Source: Octopus bimaculoides
Taxonomy: Eukaryota
Reading direction: 5' to 3'
Assembly (NCBI RefSeq): GCF_001194135.2
Contig: NC_068983.1
Coordinates: 86,702,603-86,745,014, forward strand
Length of the DNA: 42,412 nt
Position numbers and translations under genes: made by a program. Shown here in pieces: positions 13,200-24,544 of this stretch. How positions within the stretch are numbered: position 1 is the first letter of the stretch; each line of letters opens with the position of its first letter. The notes under the pieces are model-generated. The model ran no database searches and had not been told where the DNA came from. It saw only the letters and a program-made list of their open reading frames with translations.

Positions 13200-13672
13200 A
13201 ATATCAGGGATAAAATTCAAAATTACGGGTAAAAACTAAATTAAAATCAATTTATTAAAAATTAAAATTAAATTAAGTTTTACAGTATAAAATATATAGA
13301 AATATGTAGTTTTAGGGAACAGAATTGGTTATGAAACACGTGTAGTCGTTTTATTATCTTTATCTTATGATATTTACTTTGTATTATATTATACTTATTT
13401 ATTGTGCTTTTACTTATTAATTTTTCTATATGAGACAGTGGATTTTCATCGATGAACCTTGGTTCTTTTCCCTAAAACTATATATAGAGAGAGATGTACT
13501 TCCATAGCAAGTGACCTGATCTGAGATCGTGTACTGGAACGAAAACAATTGCAGCGTGGAAGGTGTTTATAAGCCATTTAAAATAACACACAAAAGCCGT
13601 CAGATTCACTTCAACATTTAAATTTAATTTGTCAAAATATTTTTGTCGCTTTGAGACCGCGACCTGTTCACT
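13200..13672. mobile_element. Unclassified interspersed repeat segments, possibly Penelope-like terminal repeats
   Basis: 18-bp inverted repeat 13307-13324/13463-13480, GAA-ACACGTGT-A at 13333-13344, and hairpin GTCGC/GCGAC near 13645-13663. Family assignment from memory only. Confidence 0.3.
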
Positions 13673-14713
13673 NNNNNNNNNNNNNNNNNNNNNNNNNNNN
13701 NNNNNNNNNNNNNNNNNNNNNNNNNNNNNNNNNNNNNNNNNNNNNNNNNNNNNNNNNNNNNNNNNNNNNNNNNNNNNNNNNNNNNNNNNNNNNNNNNNNN
13801 NNNNNNNNNNNNNNNNNNNNNNNNNNNNNNNNNNNNNNNNNNNNNNNNNNNNNNNNNNNNNNNNNNNNNNNNNNNNNNNNNNNNNNNNNNNNNNNNNNNN
13901 NNNNNNNNNNNNNNNNNNNNNNNNNNNNNNNNNNNNNNNNNNNNNNNNNNNNNNNNNNNNNNNNNNNNNNNNNNNNNNNNNNNNNNNNNNNNNNNNNNNN
14001 NNNNNNNNNNNNNNNNNNNNNNNNNNNNNNNNNNNNNNNNNNNNNNNNNNNNNNNNNNNNNNNNNNNNNNNNNNNNNNNNNNNNNNNNNNNNNNNNNNNN
14101 NNNNNNNNNNNNNNNNNNNNNNNNNNNNNNNNNNNNNNNNNNNNNNNNNNNNNNNNNNNNNNNNNNNNNNNNNNNNNNNNNNNNNNNNNNNNNNNNNNNN
14201 NNNNNNNNNNNNNNNNNNNNNNNNNNNNNNNNNNNNNNNNNNNNNNNNNNNNNNNNNNNNNNNNNNNNNNNNNNNNNNNNNNNNNNNNNNNNNNNNNNNN
14301 NNNNNNNNNNNNNNNNNNNNNNNNNNNNNNNNNNNNNNNNNNNNNNNNNNNNNNNNNNNNNNNNNNNNNNNNNNNNNNNNNNNNNNNNNNNNNNNNNNNN
14401 NNNNNNNNNNNNNNNNNNNNNNNNNNNNNNNNNNNNNNNNNNNNNNNNNNNNNNNNNNNNNNNNNNNNNNNNNCAGAAATACGGCTATTTTTGAAACTGG
14501 CTAACTTTAAATTTCGCGCGCTGTAGTAGTTCGCCGCGCAGCCGCTTTGTCTTCTTTTACTGAAGTTGGTACGATGTGTCTAAACAATTTTGTTCTTTAT
14601 TTTTCTAAGTGGATCAATTATACTCTGCTTCAAAAGTGTATTTTTTGTACCTGTATCTCTTAAATTTTTTGTTAACATTTTTTGTTAACTCTGTATAATA
14701 TTTGTTTTAGAAA

Positions 14714-15823
14714 ATGATAATAGCAGACCCTCAGCTTACTCAAGAAATGAAAAGGCATGCTGTTATTGTTGTTATAAAGGCTGAGCATAGAGATTTAGAA
14801 GTATCTCGATTTTTAAAAGTTGCCAGATCTTTCGTCTACAAAGTTTGTAAGGAGCTAGAGAATAAAGATGGAAACGTATCACCAGTACCAAGGCATAAAA
14901 AGCATTCTAAACACTGTGAAATCAGAACTCCTGAATTTATCCAGACCATTGATTACAATCCCAGAAAATCCATGAGGTCAATTGCAAAAGATCCCCAGAA
15001 GTTGTCCACAAAGACATCAGATATAAGTTTTATACGATGAGGAAAGGTCAATTTGTCAGAAAAAGCAGAAGAAAATCACTACATCAGATCTAAAAGATTC
15101 ATAAACAAACTGAAAAATCCAGCAGAAGAAGATTTGATCTGGTTTTTCTCAAACGAGAAAAACTTCGACCAAGATCAAAAAGTTAACAGAAGAAATGACA
15201 GATGGTTATGTGCAGACAAAATTTCCTGCAACTGTTATGGTTTTAGGGGTTGTCAGCAATGAAGGACATGTGATGCCTCTTTACTTCTTTTCACAAGGCC
15301 TTAGAGTCAACTCTGCTGCCTACATTGAGGTCCTGGAAATGATAGTCAAGTCCTGAATAGACAGTGTATGCAATGGAAGGCCATATGTGTTTCAGTAAGA
15401 CACATCACACATGGCTCTAGTAACACAAGAATGAATGGTTGAAAATTTTCATGATCACATAACCCCTAACATTTGGTCTCCTAATTCCCCAGATCTCAAT
15501 CCATTGGATTATTACATGTGGAGAGTTGTTGAGAGAGAGGTCAATGAACACGCCCATAACACCAATGATTCTTTGAAAGCTGCCATAGTCAGAGTAATGT
15601 CCAAAATGAACCAGGACCACTTGATTCGAGCATGTAGTTGATTTAGATCTCATATAGAAGCAGTTGTTGAAGGTGGATTTATTGAATAACATTATAGAAA
15701 AGAAGGCTTATTTTTATCCTCATAGCATTTTTTTGATAAATAAAGTTGTAATCTGTTACTATATATCTGTTGCTGTTTTTTTATAAACATAAATCTGTCC
15801 TCAAATATCTTACATGTCCTGTA
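14714..15823 (+). pseudogene. Tc1/mariner DD37D (maT-like) transposase pseudogene, copy 1
   Basis: Fragments MKRHAVIV..IRTPEFI..SMRSIAKD, LIWFFSNEKNFDQDQKVNRRNDRW, PYVFQ*D..IWSPNSPDLNPLDYYMW..AVVEGGFIE*. The 3' end reads ...gtcctg-TA at 15821-15823. The 5' TIR was not found. Confidence 0.9.
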
Positions 15824-16539
15824 CATATGTAAGATCCTAGAGGGCCCCGCTCCCAACTATGTACCCTTCTCCCTTTGTTTTCTCTAGTTTGTAGATCTTG
15901 AAACCAACACTTAGCTTTAAGTTTACACTCACTAACTGTATAATTTTTGGTTGCTTTCAGTAGTAGAAGTATCTACCCCATGGTACCTTTGTTTCGTTTC
16001 GATTCTAGATGGACCTACAATTACAAGAATCACGTGTCATGACTTCTGTACACTGCATAGCGCCTCTGACAAAACGCGAACCAATACTTTATTGAAATAT
16101 TAAGCAATATTTTATTGAAACAACCAGCAACAATATTTCTGTTGGTCCTGTCAAGTTGCCAGAAGGTGATAGGTCTTCGCTCCTCTGCTTGCAATATATC
16201 GGATGCAGGTTGCATCGTTAACCTGCTAGAGAAAATGTTCTCTTGGGTTTAAAGCATCGCAGTAACGTCCGTTCGTACGGAACAGTAATGTTGAAGTGGC
16301 TACAAACATTACTTGCTTTCATCTCTTACAGAGATTTTATAACTAGCTGCTTTTCATGCACATAGTTTGGGAATAAGAGTTAGGGTCCCAACTGGATCTA
16401 TAGACTCCGCGTTGTCATAGGAATAAAATGTTTGACAAGTTTAACAAAATAAAAGAGCAAAAGCAATATGGTAAAACGATTGTAGGGACTGACGATTTGT
16501 CTGCAAATGTTATTATTGGAGCCCACTTAAACAGGCAAG

Positions 16540-16690
16540 TTATTGTTGATCCCAAGTCGGCACTAATTGAGCAACTCTGTGGTCATAGGAATTCCATCCA
16601 TGACCATCTGATATGTGTCTTGGGCATTGCATATCCAGGAGTACATTAACTAATGTGCCTATTCCTTTTGAAGACGCTAGGGTGCCATAT
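16540..16690 (-). mobile_element. Degraded interspersed repeat, inverted relative to 17600-17790
   Basis: ggtcataggaattccatccatgaccatc is the reverse-complement homolog of gatgctcatagctggaatgtctttgatc at about 17730-17760. Confidence 0.35.
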
Positions 16691-16802
16691 AAAGGAGCTT
16701 TGGTTATTGTTCATGTCAAGACAATTAGCTACGTACAGGTACAGTTTTTGTTCACAGGAACGAGATTCACTATTGATAGAGTCATATAAAATTGAGTATT
16801 AT

Positions 16803-17364
16803 GAGAAAGAAATAATGTGAATGCGTTATTTATGAACAGATGTATTTTTCAAGAGAAGAAAATTGTATTTATCAAATGAAGAGAGATGTATTTACAAGAG
16901 GAACAGAAATGTAGTTATCAAGGGGGTGGAAATATATTTATCATGAAAAAAGAAACATATTGAACAAGTAAACAAAAATGTATTCATATATACTAAAAGT
17001 AAAATCCAAAAGTCAGCTATCGAGAGATCAGATAATTCGTTATCATAGGAACAGAAATCTATTGACCAAGAGAACATAAATGTATTTATTAAGAAAAGAG
17101 AAGTGTATATATTAGGGAGACAGAAGCACAGGCGTCAAAGGAGCAGAAATTCGTTTATCATGAGAACTGAAATGTTTAATAAAGTGCATAGAAATGCATT
17201 TATCAAGGTAACAGAAATGTATTTATCAAAACTACACAAATATATGTATCAAGGGTGCAAAAATGCAATTTATCAAACGAACAGAAATATCTATGCCGGG
17301 ATCTGAAATGTATTCATCATGAGAATCGATTGGACAAAAATGTTTATTTATCAAAGGAACAGAA
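16803..17364. repeat. Degenerate 23-bp minisatellite (consensus about GAACAGAAATGTATTTATCAAGG), about 23 copies
   Basis: Consecutive units such as gaagagagatgtatttacaagag / gaacagaaatgtagttatcaagg / gggtggaaatatatttatcatga. Confidence 0.8.
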
Positions 17365-17599
17365 CTTTCTGCTGGAGTTAAAACAGAAGTCTTTATGGTG
17401 TGCTTTGAGTAAAATTTCGTCTATTTAATAATCAAATTTCCATGGAGTCCTGATAGTTGATGTCACTAGACGATGATCTTCCGTCTTAAGAACAATGTCG
17501 TGTTTGAGGCGTCACAGAAATTAGCTGGATTGAATCTATGGCTGATATACGAATATAGCATGAAGAATTATAACAGTTATAATGAACTAATAAGAAAAC

Positions 17600-17790
17600 T
17601 GCTCTACATTCACTCACCCTGTAAAAATTACAGCCAAATTTCCTTCAAACAACCCTTACTGTCTTAAGAGAAAAGTAAGGGCACACTGTATAATTAAGTC
17701 CTAAACACACCATGTTTGAATAAAAGGCGAGATGCTCATAGCTGGAATGTCTTTGATCATAGGTCTGAAAAGGGCTGAACGTGAGTCAAA
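17600..17790 (+). mobile_element. Degraded interspersed repeat (same family as 16540-16690)
   Basis: Reverse-complement similarity to 16540-16690. Confidence 0.35.
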
Positions 17791-18660
17791 GTAGTATCAT
17801 GTTTGTTATAAGACACTAGTATCAGTGAGCTCAAACACGGCACCCATCTGCGGTAAGGAGTAACTTAGGGAGACTTTATTTCACTAGAAAGAAGTTAATA
17901 GTCCAAAGCTGACAAGAACTGATGGGAGCCGAAGTAACAGCATCAAGGTAAAAGTCTGACAGTGGAAATAATTACTTATCTCCTTATAAGATCTTTTTCT
18001 TTATTATTTTTATCAGTGTATTTCGTACATTTGTCTGAATTTAGTTGGTTGACAAAGATGATACCTCTTTTCTCGCAATTTATTCCTATTTTGGCGAAAT
18101 GTAATCTATGTTGTTGTCCAGCTTTGTTATGAGACCTAACTGTGTTCTCCAACTGCTGTTATAGATTACAACATAAAGTAGTGTCACCTTAAGGCATGGA
18201 GACACTGGCCAGTTATCGGGTGTCTCATGGGTCTAGGGACCCAATTCTGATTTATATATCCTGTGGCTTACTGTCAATAAAAACTGTAAGGCCCGTTGCA
18301 ATAATTTACTCGAGCATCTGTTAATGCTGCTAAGACGGCCCTGTTGTGAGGTACAGGAGATTAATGAAAATAGGACTAATATAATACAGGTGAGATTAAA
18401 TCAGTTTTCTACGATGTAATTGTGCTTATAATAAAATAGCTTTTATATCAGCTCCCAAGATGAATGGTTTCGCTTTTATATAAATGTTTGATTTTTTTTT
18501 TATCAATTACTTGTCTACTTCCGAACATTTAGCAGTGTAACTTCCTATTTAATAATTAAAAGATTTCTAAAAAATTATAAACTTAGATTTTAATAATGTT
18601 TATTTATTTTCCTTACTTGTTTGTTTATGTATGTATGTATGTATTATGTATGTATGTATG

Positions 18661-18812
18661 TATGGGGAGAATTCACAAAAAAAAAAGACGAAGACAGGTG
18701 GTGTAGACAACAAACGTTTCGAGCCTACGCTCTTCCACAGAAAGGAACACAGAAAGAAACAAGGAGAGAAAATAAAGAATGTGTAGTGGCTAGCGATCTA
18801 ACATGGCGAATT
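18661..18812 (-). mobile_element. Penelope-like terminal segment with hammerhead-like remnant
   Basis: Minus strand CTGTGGAA-GAGC-gtag-GCTC-GAAACGT (18740-18714), flanked by (TATG)n and (TA)n. Confidence 0.45.
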
Positions 18813-18851
18813 ACATATATATACATATATTACATACACTGGCATACATAC

Positions 18852-18942
<91 letters not shown>

Positions 18943-19150
18943 TGCATATATATATATTCATATATGTGTTTGTGTGTGTGCATATATACACGTACACACA
19001 CACAAACACATATATACATAGATACATACATATATATATATATACACACACGCGTGCGCACACACACGTGCACACACACACACACACACACACATACAAA
19101 CACACATATATACATGCACACAGGTGTGTGTGTGTGTGTGTCTGTATGTG
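18813..19150. repeat. (TA)n/(CA)n/(TG)n microsatellites
   Basis: Direct reading. Confidence 0.95.
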
Positions 19151-19544
19151 TAGTATGTAGGGTTTTGAGGTGCGTGGAACCATCCGTTAGACAGTGTTGT
19201 ACCCAGGTCTAGTCAGACCTAGAGTAGTAGCTCCTGTTAGGATCCCAGTTACGAGTGAATTGGCAACTGAAATACTGGCCCCTAGTTCTCATTAGAACTT
19301 CTTTTAAGGAGGAGGTGAATTTGTATTTAAAAAATGCTTGAGGTGCAATTGGTTTATGGTAGTTTCAACGTCTGTTGTGCTACTGGGTTTTTTTGGCTGA
19401 TGGCGCCGAAAAGTGGTTTCAGTGCTGTGCAACACTTTATCCACTCAAAACAATTTTACGCGCAGGAACGTCTTAGACTACCAAAATATTTGCATGGACT
19501 TGATGAGTTTAGGAAGTGGTTTTACTCGGTCACTAGTTGACTTG

Positions 19545-19675
19545 CGCAGACAGACAAGCAGGCAGACAGACAAGCTGGCAGACAGACAAGCAGGCAGGTA
19601 AATGGACAAACAGGTCGACAGGTGGACAGATAGGTAGTTAGTTAGTTAGTTAGATAGATAGATAGATAGATAGAA

Positions 19676-19727
<52 letters not shown>

Positions 19728-19745
19728 ACAGACAGACAGACAGAT
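19545..19745. repeat. Compound (GACA)/(TTAG)/(GATA)/(GA) microsatellite
   Basis: Direct reading. Confidence 0.9.
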
Positions 19746-20919
19746 TATTTACACACCCATCGCATTGGATTCGTTCGGTTGGATGGTGGTACACGTCAGA
19801 GGGTGAGAAATCTTATGGTGACTAACAGCCTGTTACTTTGTAAAATATTGCCGTGTTCAACCGGACGACAGAACAAAACCGATGTCCAGGATTTTGTATA
19901 TATCCCTCTCTCTCTCCGTATNNNNNNNNNNNNNNNNNNNNNNNNNNNNNNNNNNNNNNNNNNNNNNNNNNNNNNNNNNNNNNNNNNNNNNNNNNNNNNN
20001 NNNNNNNNNNNNNNNNNNNNNNNNNNNNNNNNNNNNNNNNNNNNNNNNNNNNNNNNNNNNNNNNNNNNNNNNNNNNNNNNNNNNNNNNNNNNNNNNNNNN
20101 NNNNNNNNNNNNNNNNNNNNNNNNNNNNNNNNNNNNNNNNNNNNNNNNNNNNNNNNNNNNNNNNNNNNNNNNNNNNNNNNNNNNNNNNNNNNNNNNNNNN
20201 NNNNNNNNNNNNNNNNNNNNNNNNNNNNNNNNNNNNNNNNNNNNNNNNNNNNNNNNNNNNNNNNNNNNNNNNNNNNNNNNNNNNNNNNNNNNNNNNNNNN
20301 NNNNNNNNNNNNNNNNNNNNNNNNNNNNNNNNNNNNNNNNNNNNNNNNNNNNNNNNNNNNNNNNNNNNNNNNNNNNNNNNNNNNNNNNNNNNNNNNNNNN
20401 NNNNNNNNNNNNNNNNNNNNNNNNNNNNNNNNNNNNNNNNNNNNNNNNNNNNNNNNNNNNNNNNNNNNNNNNNNNNNNNNNNNNNNNNNNNNNNNNNNNN
20501 NNNNNNNNNNNNNNNNNNNNNNNNNNNNNNNNNNNNNNNNNNNNNNNNNNNNNNNNNNNNNNNNNNNNNNNNNNNNNNNNNNNNNNNNNNNNNNNNNNNN
20601 NNNNNNNNNNNNNNNNNNNNNNNNNNNNNNNNNNNNNNNNNNNNNNNNNNNNNNNNNNNNNNNNNNNNNNNNNNNNNNNNNNNNNNNNNNNNNNNNNNNN
20701 NNNNNNNNNNNNNNNNNNNNNNNNNNNNNNNNNNNNNNNNNNNNNNNNNNNNNNNNNNNNNNNNNNNNNNNNNNNNNNNNNNNNNNNNNNNNNNNNNNNN
20801 NNNNNNNNNNNNNNNNNNNNNNNNNNNNNNNNNNNNNNNNNNNNNNNNNNNNNNNNNNNNNNNNNNNNNNNNNNNNNNNNNNNNNNNNNNNNNNNNNNNN
20901 NNNNNNTATATATATATAT

Positions 20920-22147
20920 ATAATTTCGCGTATGCGCATAGTTTGTTTATGACTTTGTCGACTACACAGTATAGTAGGGTCAGTTGGGCACTGTCTGTGA
21001 CAAAAACAGCACCATAATGCAATTTACTCTGCCAGAAATTTGGAAACGACATTTTGTATTGCTTGGCATTCGCGCCGGAAGCTCCAATACGAAGATTTCA
21101 GAGTGTTTGGGTGTCAATCTGAGGACAGTGCAGAGGATTCGGAAAGAGTTGAATGAGTCTGATGGTGTTTACAAAGATACGACAGCTCGGAAAACTCACT
21201 CTGATCGTTCTGATAAGAAAAGAACTCCTGAATTTGTTGGTGAGATCCAGGCCACGATTGACAACGAATCCTCCAAGACAATCAAGTCCATCGCCAGGGA
21301 CATGGGAGTGTCTGAGTTTTTTTTTATCAGGGAGGTAGTGCATGAAGACATTCGGTATTCCTCATGCAAGATGAGAAAGGGCCAATTTTATCTCAAGCCC
21401 TCAAGACAAACTCAAGCATCCCCTCCAAACGAACATGCTTTGGTTTTTCTCAGACTAGAAAAATTTCTGTCAGGATCAAATGGTGAGCACACAAAGCAAC
21501 CGTTGGCTTGCCGTGTCCCTAAAACTTATACCGAGAATGATAAAAATCAAACATCCAGTCAACATCATGCTGTTTGGAGTGATCACTAGTGATGGTGATG
21601 TTATGCTTCCATTCATCTTCCCACATGGCCTCAGACTCAACACAGAGGCCTACATCAAGTGCCTGGAGGAGTTAGTGCTGCCCTGGGTGAAGAGGGTGGC
21701 TGCTGGAAGCCCCTATGTTTGGCAACAGGACTCTGCTCGATGCCACACAAGCAGGAGAACCCAGTCATGGCTGTCAGACAATTTCTGCGACCACACCACC
21801 CCTAACTTTTGGTCACCTAACTCCCCAGACTGCAACACCCTTGATTGTTATGTGTGGGGCGCAGTTGAGCGAGAGACCAATAAAACTTGTAACACCAATG
21901 ATGAACTGAAGGCAAGGATTATGGCAGCATCTTCCAGCTTAAACAAGGAGACCGTCCAGAAGAGTTGCAGGAAATTTCGAAATTGTCTGGAGGCTGTGGT
22001 TGAAGCCCATGGTGATTTTATTGAATAAATTTACTGTTTAGTATTCAAGATATTTTTATGTAATTTTGGTAAATATATCTGTTAAAATGAGACGTCAGTG
22101 TTATTTTCATTTTTGCGTAATTTAGACGTAATTTAGCACTTACCTTG
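20920..22147 (+). pseudogene. Tc1/mariner DD37D (maT-like) transposase pseudogene, copy 2
   Basis: ATG at 21017; MQFTLPEIWKRH..KRTPEFV..; LWFFSD*KNF; YVWQQDSAR..WSPNSPDCNTLDCY with 37 residues between the last two Asp; stop at 22028. One frameshift/deletion near 21395. The 5' end is lost in the gap. Confidence 0.92.
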
Positions 22148-22789
22148 TCGGAGTTTTCCGTCTAACCTCGATATGGGATTGATTAATAAATTTTGTTAAT
22201 CAATCTGCATTTTAAATACAACACAAGTTTATGCGAGAGACGAGTAATGAATTGTGCTTCGCTACAATCAGTCGACTGATCCTATTACAATATTACATGT
22301 GTGTGTGTATACATACATACATACATACATACATACATACATACATACATACTAGACATGTAACGAATGCTCCCCACAGAACTAGCTAGGTGCATAACAC
22401 TTTTAACTAAGCCTCGAACCATCAATTTCAAAAGTTTTTGATTTTTTATTTATCATTTATTTTGTTATGTAAAGAATGAATTAATTCAATGATTAATATC
22501 ATTTTAATTTTTCTCCTGTGAAACAGAAGTTAGCAATCTGTGGCTTAACACTGAAAAATAACAATGGGAAAGACTTAACCTTCCAACTTAAAAAACGATT
22601 GAAAACAACAAATGTATGGAAAAAAAATTGATTAAAAGAAAAAAATTAAAACTATAAAAGATTAAATTATCGAAAATTCTTTCACTTTAGATAAATATAA
22701 GCGAAATGAGAAATCAACCACCAGAATTACATCAACAAGAAAACAAAAAAAGGCAAATTAAAGGGATTAGACAATGAAAGATAGGGGGT

Positions 22790-23125
22790 GTCAGGCAAGC
22801 CCCCACCAAGACGGGCTGGATGCTGAATACGGCGACCGGAAATTTAACCTCACTACAGCTCACATATGTCACGTCCGACCGGGACCGATCGATCTCAGGT
22901 TCAAGGAGCTTTATGGTTGGGATGATCTGTTGAACATTCCCAACTTGCGACTCGACTGAACCATCCAGGGTCATGTCATCCAACTATATGACATTGAAGG
23001 GTGGGTGGACAGAATGGGCAACATCATCGACAGCCAACACGAAAAGGAGCGACGGGACAGTGTCACCTTGCTGGACGCCTGCAGCTTAAGTGACCCTCTT
23101 CTCAGCAACCATCAATACTTCTCAT
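22790..23125 (-). pseudogene. Internal reverse transcriptase fragment, CRE-like non-LTR clade
   Basis: Minus frame: RVT*AAGVQQGDTVPSLLFVLAVDDVAHSVHPPFNVI*LDDMTLDGSVESQV. This is RT motifs 4-5 (GVQQGD..xLDD.T..G), the pattern I associate with CRE-clade RTs. Confidence 0.65.
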
Positions 23126-23190
23126 CGTTACTCTTATCATTACTCTCATCACATCCACATTATCTCACTCACTTTTACCCAGTGCACTTT

Positions 23191-23395
23191 TTTCTTTTAT
23201 CCTTTTATTTGTTTCAGTCATTTGGCTGCGGCCATGCTGGAGCACAGCCTTTAGTCGAACAAATCGACCCAAGTACTTATTCTTTGTAAGCCTAGTACTT
23301 ATTCTATCGGTCTCTTTTGCCGAACCGCTAATTTACAGGGACGTAAACACACCAACATCGGTTGTCAAGCGATGGTGGAGGGACAAACACAGGCA
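23191..23395 (-). mobile_element. SINE-B 3' half
   Basis: Near-identical to 7592-7800 and followed by a (CATA)/(TA) tract. The head is absent. Confidence 0.85.
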
Positions 23396-23403
23396 CGCAA
23401 ATG

Positions 23404-23443
<40 letters not shown>

Positions 23444-23446
<3 letters not shown>

Positions 23447-23653
23447 TACTCTAAGCACAAGGCTCGAAATTTGGGGGAGGGAGCCAGTCGATTAGATTGG
23501 CCCCAGTACGCAACTGGTACTTAATTTATAGACCCCGAAAGGATGAAAGGCAAAATCGACCTCGGCGGAATTTGAACTCAGAACGCAAAGACAGACAAAA
23601 TACCGCTAAGCATTTCGCCTGGCGTGCTAACGTTTCTGCCAGCTCGCCGCCTT
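23444..23653 (-). mobile_element. Complete SINE-A monomer, inserted in (TA)n
   Basis: Sense: AAGGCGGCGAGCTGGCAGAAACGTTAG (A box)...GAGTTCAAATTCC (B box)...core...GCTTAGAGTAGAA tail. Confidence 0.9.
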
Positions 23654-23696
23654 ATACATATATACATATATGAAATGTAACGTGTCTTGAATGGCA

Positions 23697-23887
23697 CAAC
23701 AATGCTGAGTGGACTTTAATAATTGTTATAGTTTAATTATCCATATAAGAATTTCTTCTTCAGATATCGCTGACTCGATCAATTCCTAGCAATTTCTGAA
23801 GAAGGAATTTTATATTCCGAAATATCATTATATCAGACTATGGATAATTAGATTATAACAGTTATTGTAGTCCACTCTGCATTGTTG
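23697..23887. repeat. Foldback (inverted partial duplication) of a Penelope-like segment
   Basis: caacaatgctgagtggact..attatccatataagaatttcttcttcaga pairs with tctgaagaaggaattttata[24-nt extra]tatggataatt..agtccactctgcattgttg. Loop about 30 bp. Confidence 0.8.
23791..23839 (+). ncRNA. Type I minimal hammerhead ribozyme-like motif (Penelope-type variant)
   Basis: CTGAAGA-A (23796-803), stem II GGAAT/ATTCC, GAAA (23819-22), stem III ATAT-catt-ATAT, AUC site (C23834), stem I TTT/AGA. Confidence 0.55.
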
Positions 23888-24239
23888 CGAGGATGACATT
23901 CCAAAGGCTGGAGCAGTTTGAATGGGAAACGATTCCCTAACCACCATATTTGCCGGACATCGCCCCATCTGATTATCATTTATTTCGCAGTCTTCAAAAT
24001 CATTTGAACAGAAAAATATGAACTCTGTAGATGAGATTAGAACAGCACTGGAGGAGTATTTTTTCCTAATGGACAAGTGAATTTTGGAAGAGGGTCTTGC
24101 AAGTCTACCAAAGAGATGGAAGGGCATTGTAGAAAATGAAGGAGAGTGTATTTTAGATTAAAAAAGAACTTTGTATATCTTAATTTTGAAAAATAAAAGA
24201 AGCATAAAAAAATTGCATTATTTATGGGATGACCCAATA
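23888..24239 (+). pseudogene. mariner (DD34D-type) transposase 3' fragment with right TIR
   Basis: ARMTFQRLEQFEWETIP*PPYLPDIAPSDYHLFRSLQNHL...LPKRWKGIVENEGECILD* (stop 24159-61). TIR ...ttatttatgggatgacccaa-TA. Confidence 0.88.
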
Positions 24240-24544
24240 TATTGTTTTAGTACCAATGTCATATCGCGGTGGAAAATGGTGCCTTAATGACATTAGGACA
24301 GCTGTTGATTATATCTGATACTCGCCACAGAAATGTGGAATAATCGTCACTTGCGGTTCCATCTTGGGATTTTAAAGGCTTCGCATTCTCGTGTGTTTGA
24401 GAAAAATTTAGAAGTTACTTCCTGGTCTAGGACTGCGAAACTATACTCTTCAAGACGTGATGTGAGGTAGCGGCAGCGAATTCAGGGAAGGTTATACTTC
24501 GTATAAGTATTGTCATCTTTTTCTAGTTCACGGGAAATACGCAA

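Noticed and set aside
16030-16222. Possible minus-strand exon (acceptor at 16222, LTMQPASDILQAEERRPITFW...)
   Set aside because: No convincing donor and no recognisable homology.
18272-18340. Possible 69-bp minus-strand exon (GRLSSINRCSSKLLQRALQFLLT)
   Set aside because: Splice signals are plausible, but the phase (0/0) does not link to the other candidates, and such short matches arise by chance.
19334-19601. Short plus-strand ORFs in a moderately complex island
   Set aside because: No motif, no splice support and no family recognised.
22177-22205. 10-bp hairpin gattgattaa/ttaatcaatc
   Set aside because: Short and AT-rich, so expected by chance.
22774-23100. Plus-strand near-open frame with HVIQLY..GWVDRM, faintly piggyBac-like
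   Set aside because: Spacing is off, and the opposite strand gives a much better RT motif match. This is an antisense shadow.
24495-24505. loxP-like half-site TACTTCGTATA
   Set aside because: No second inverted half-site. Chance match.
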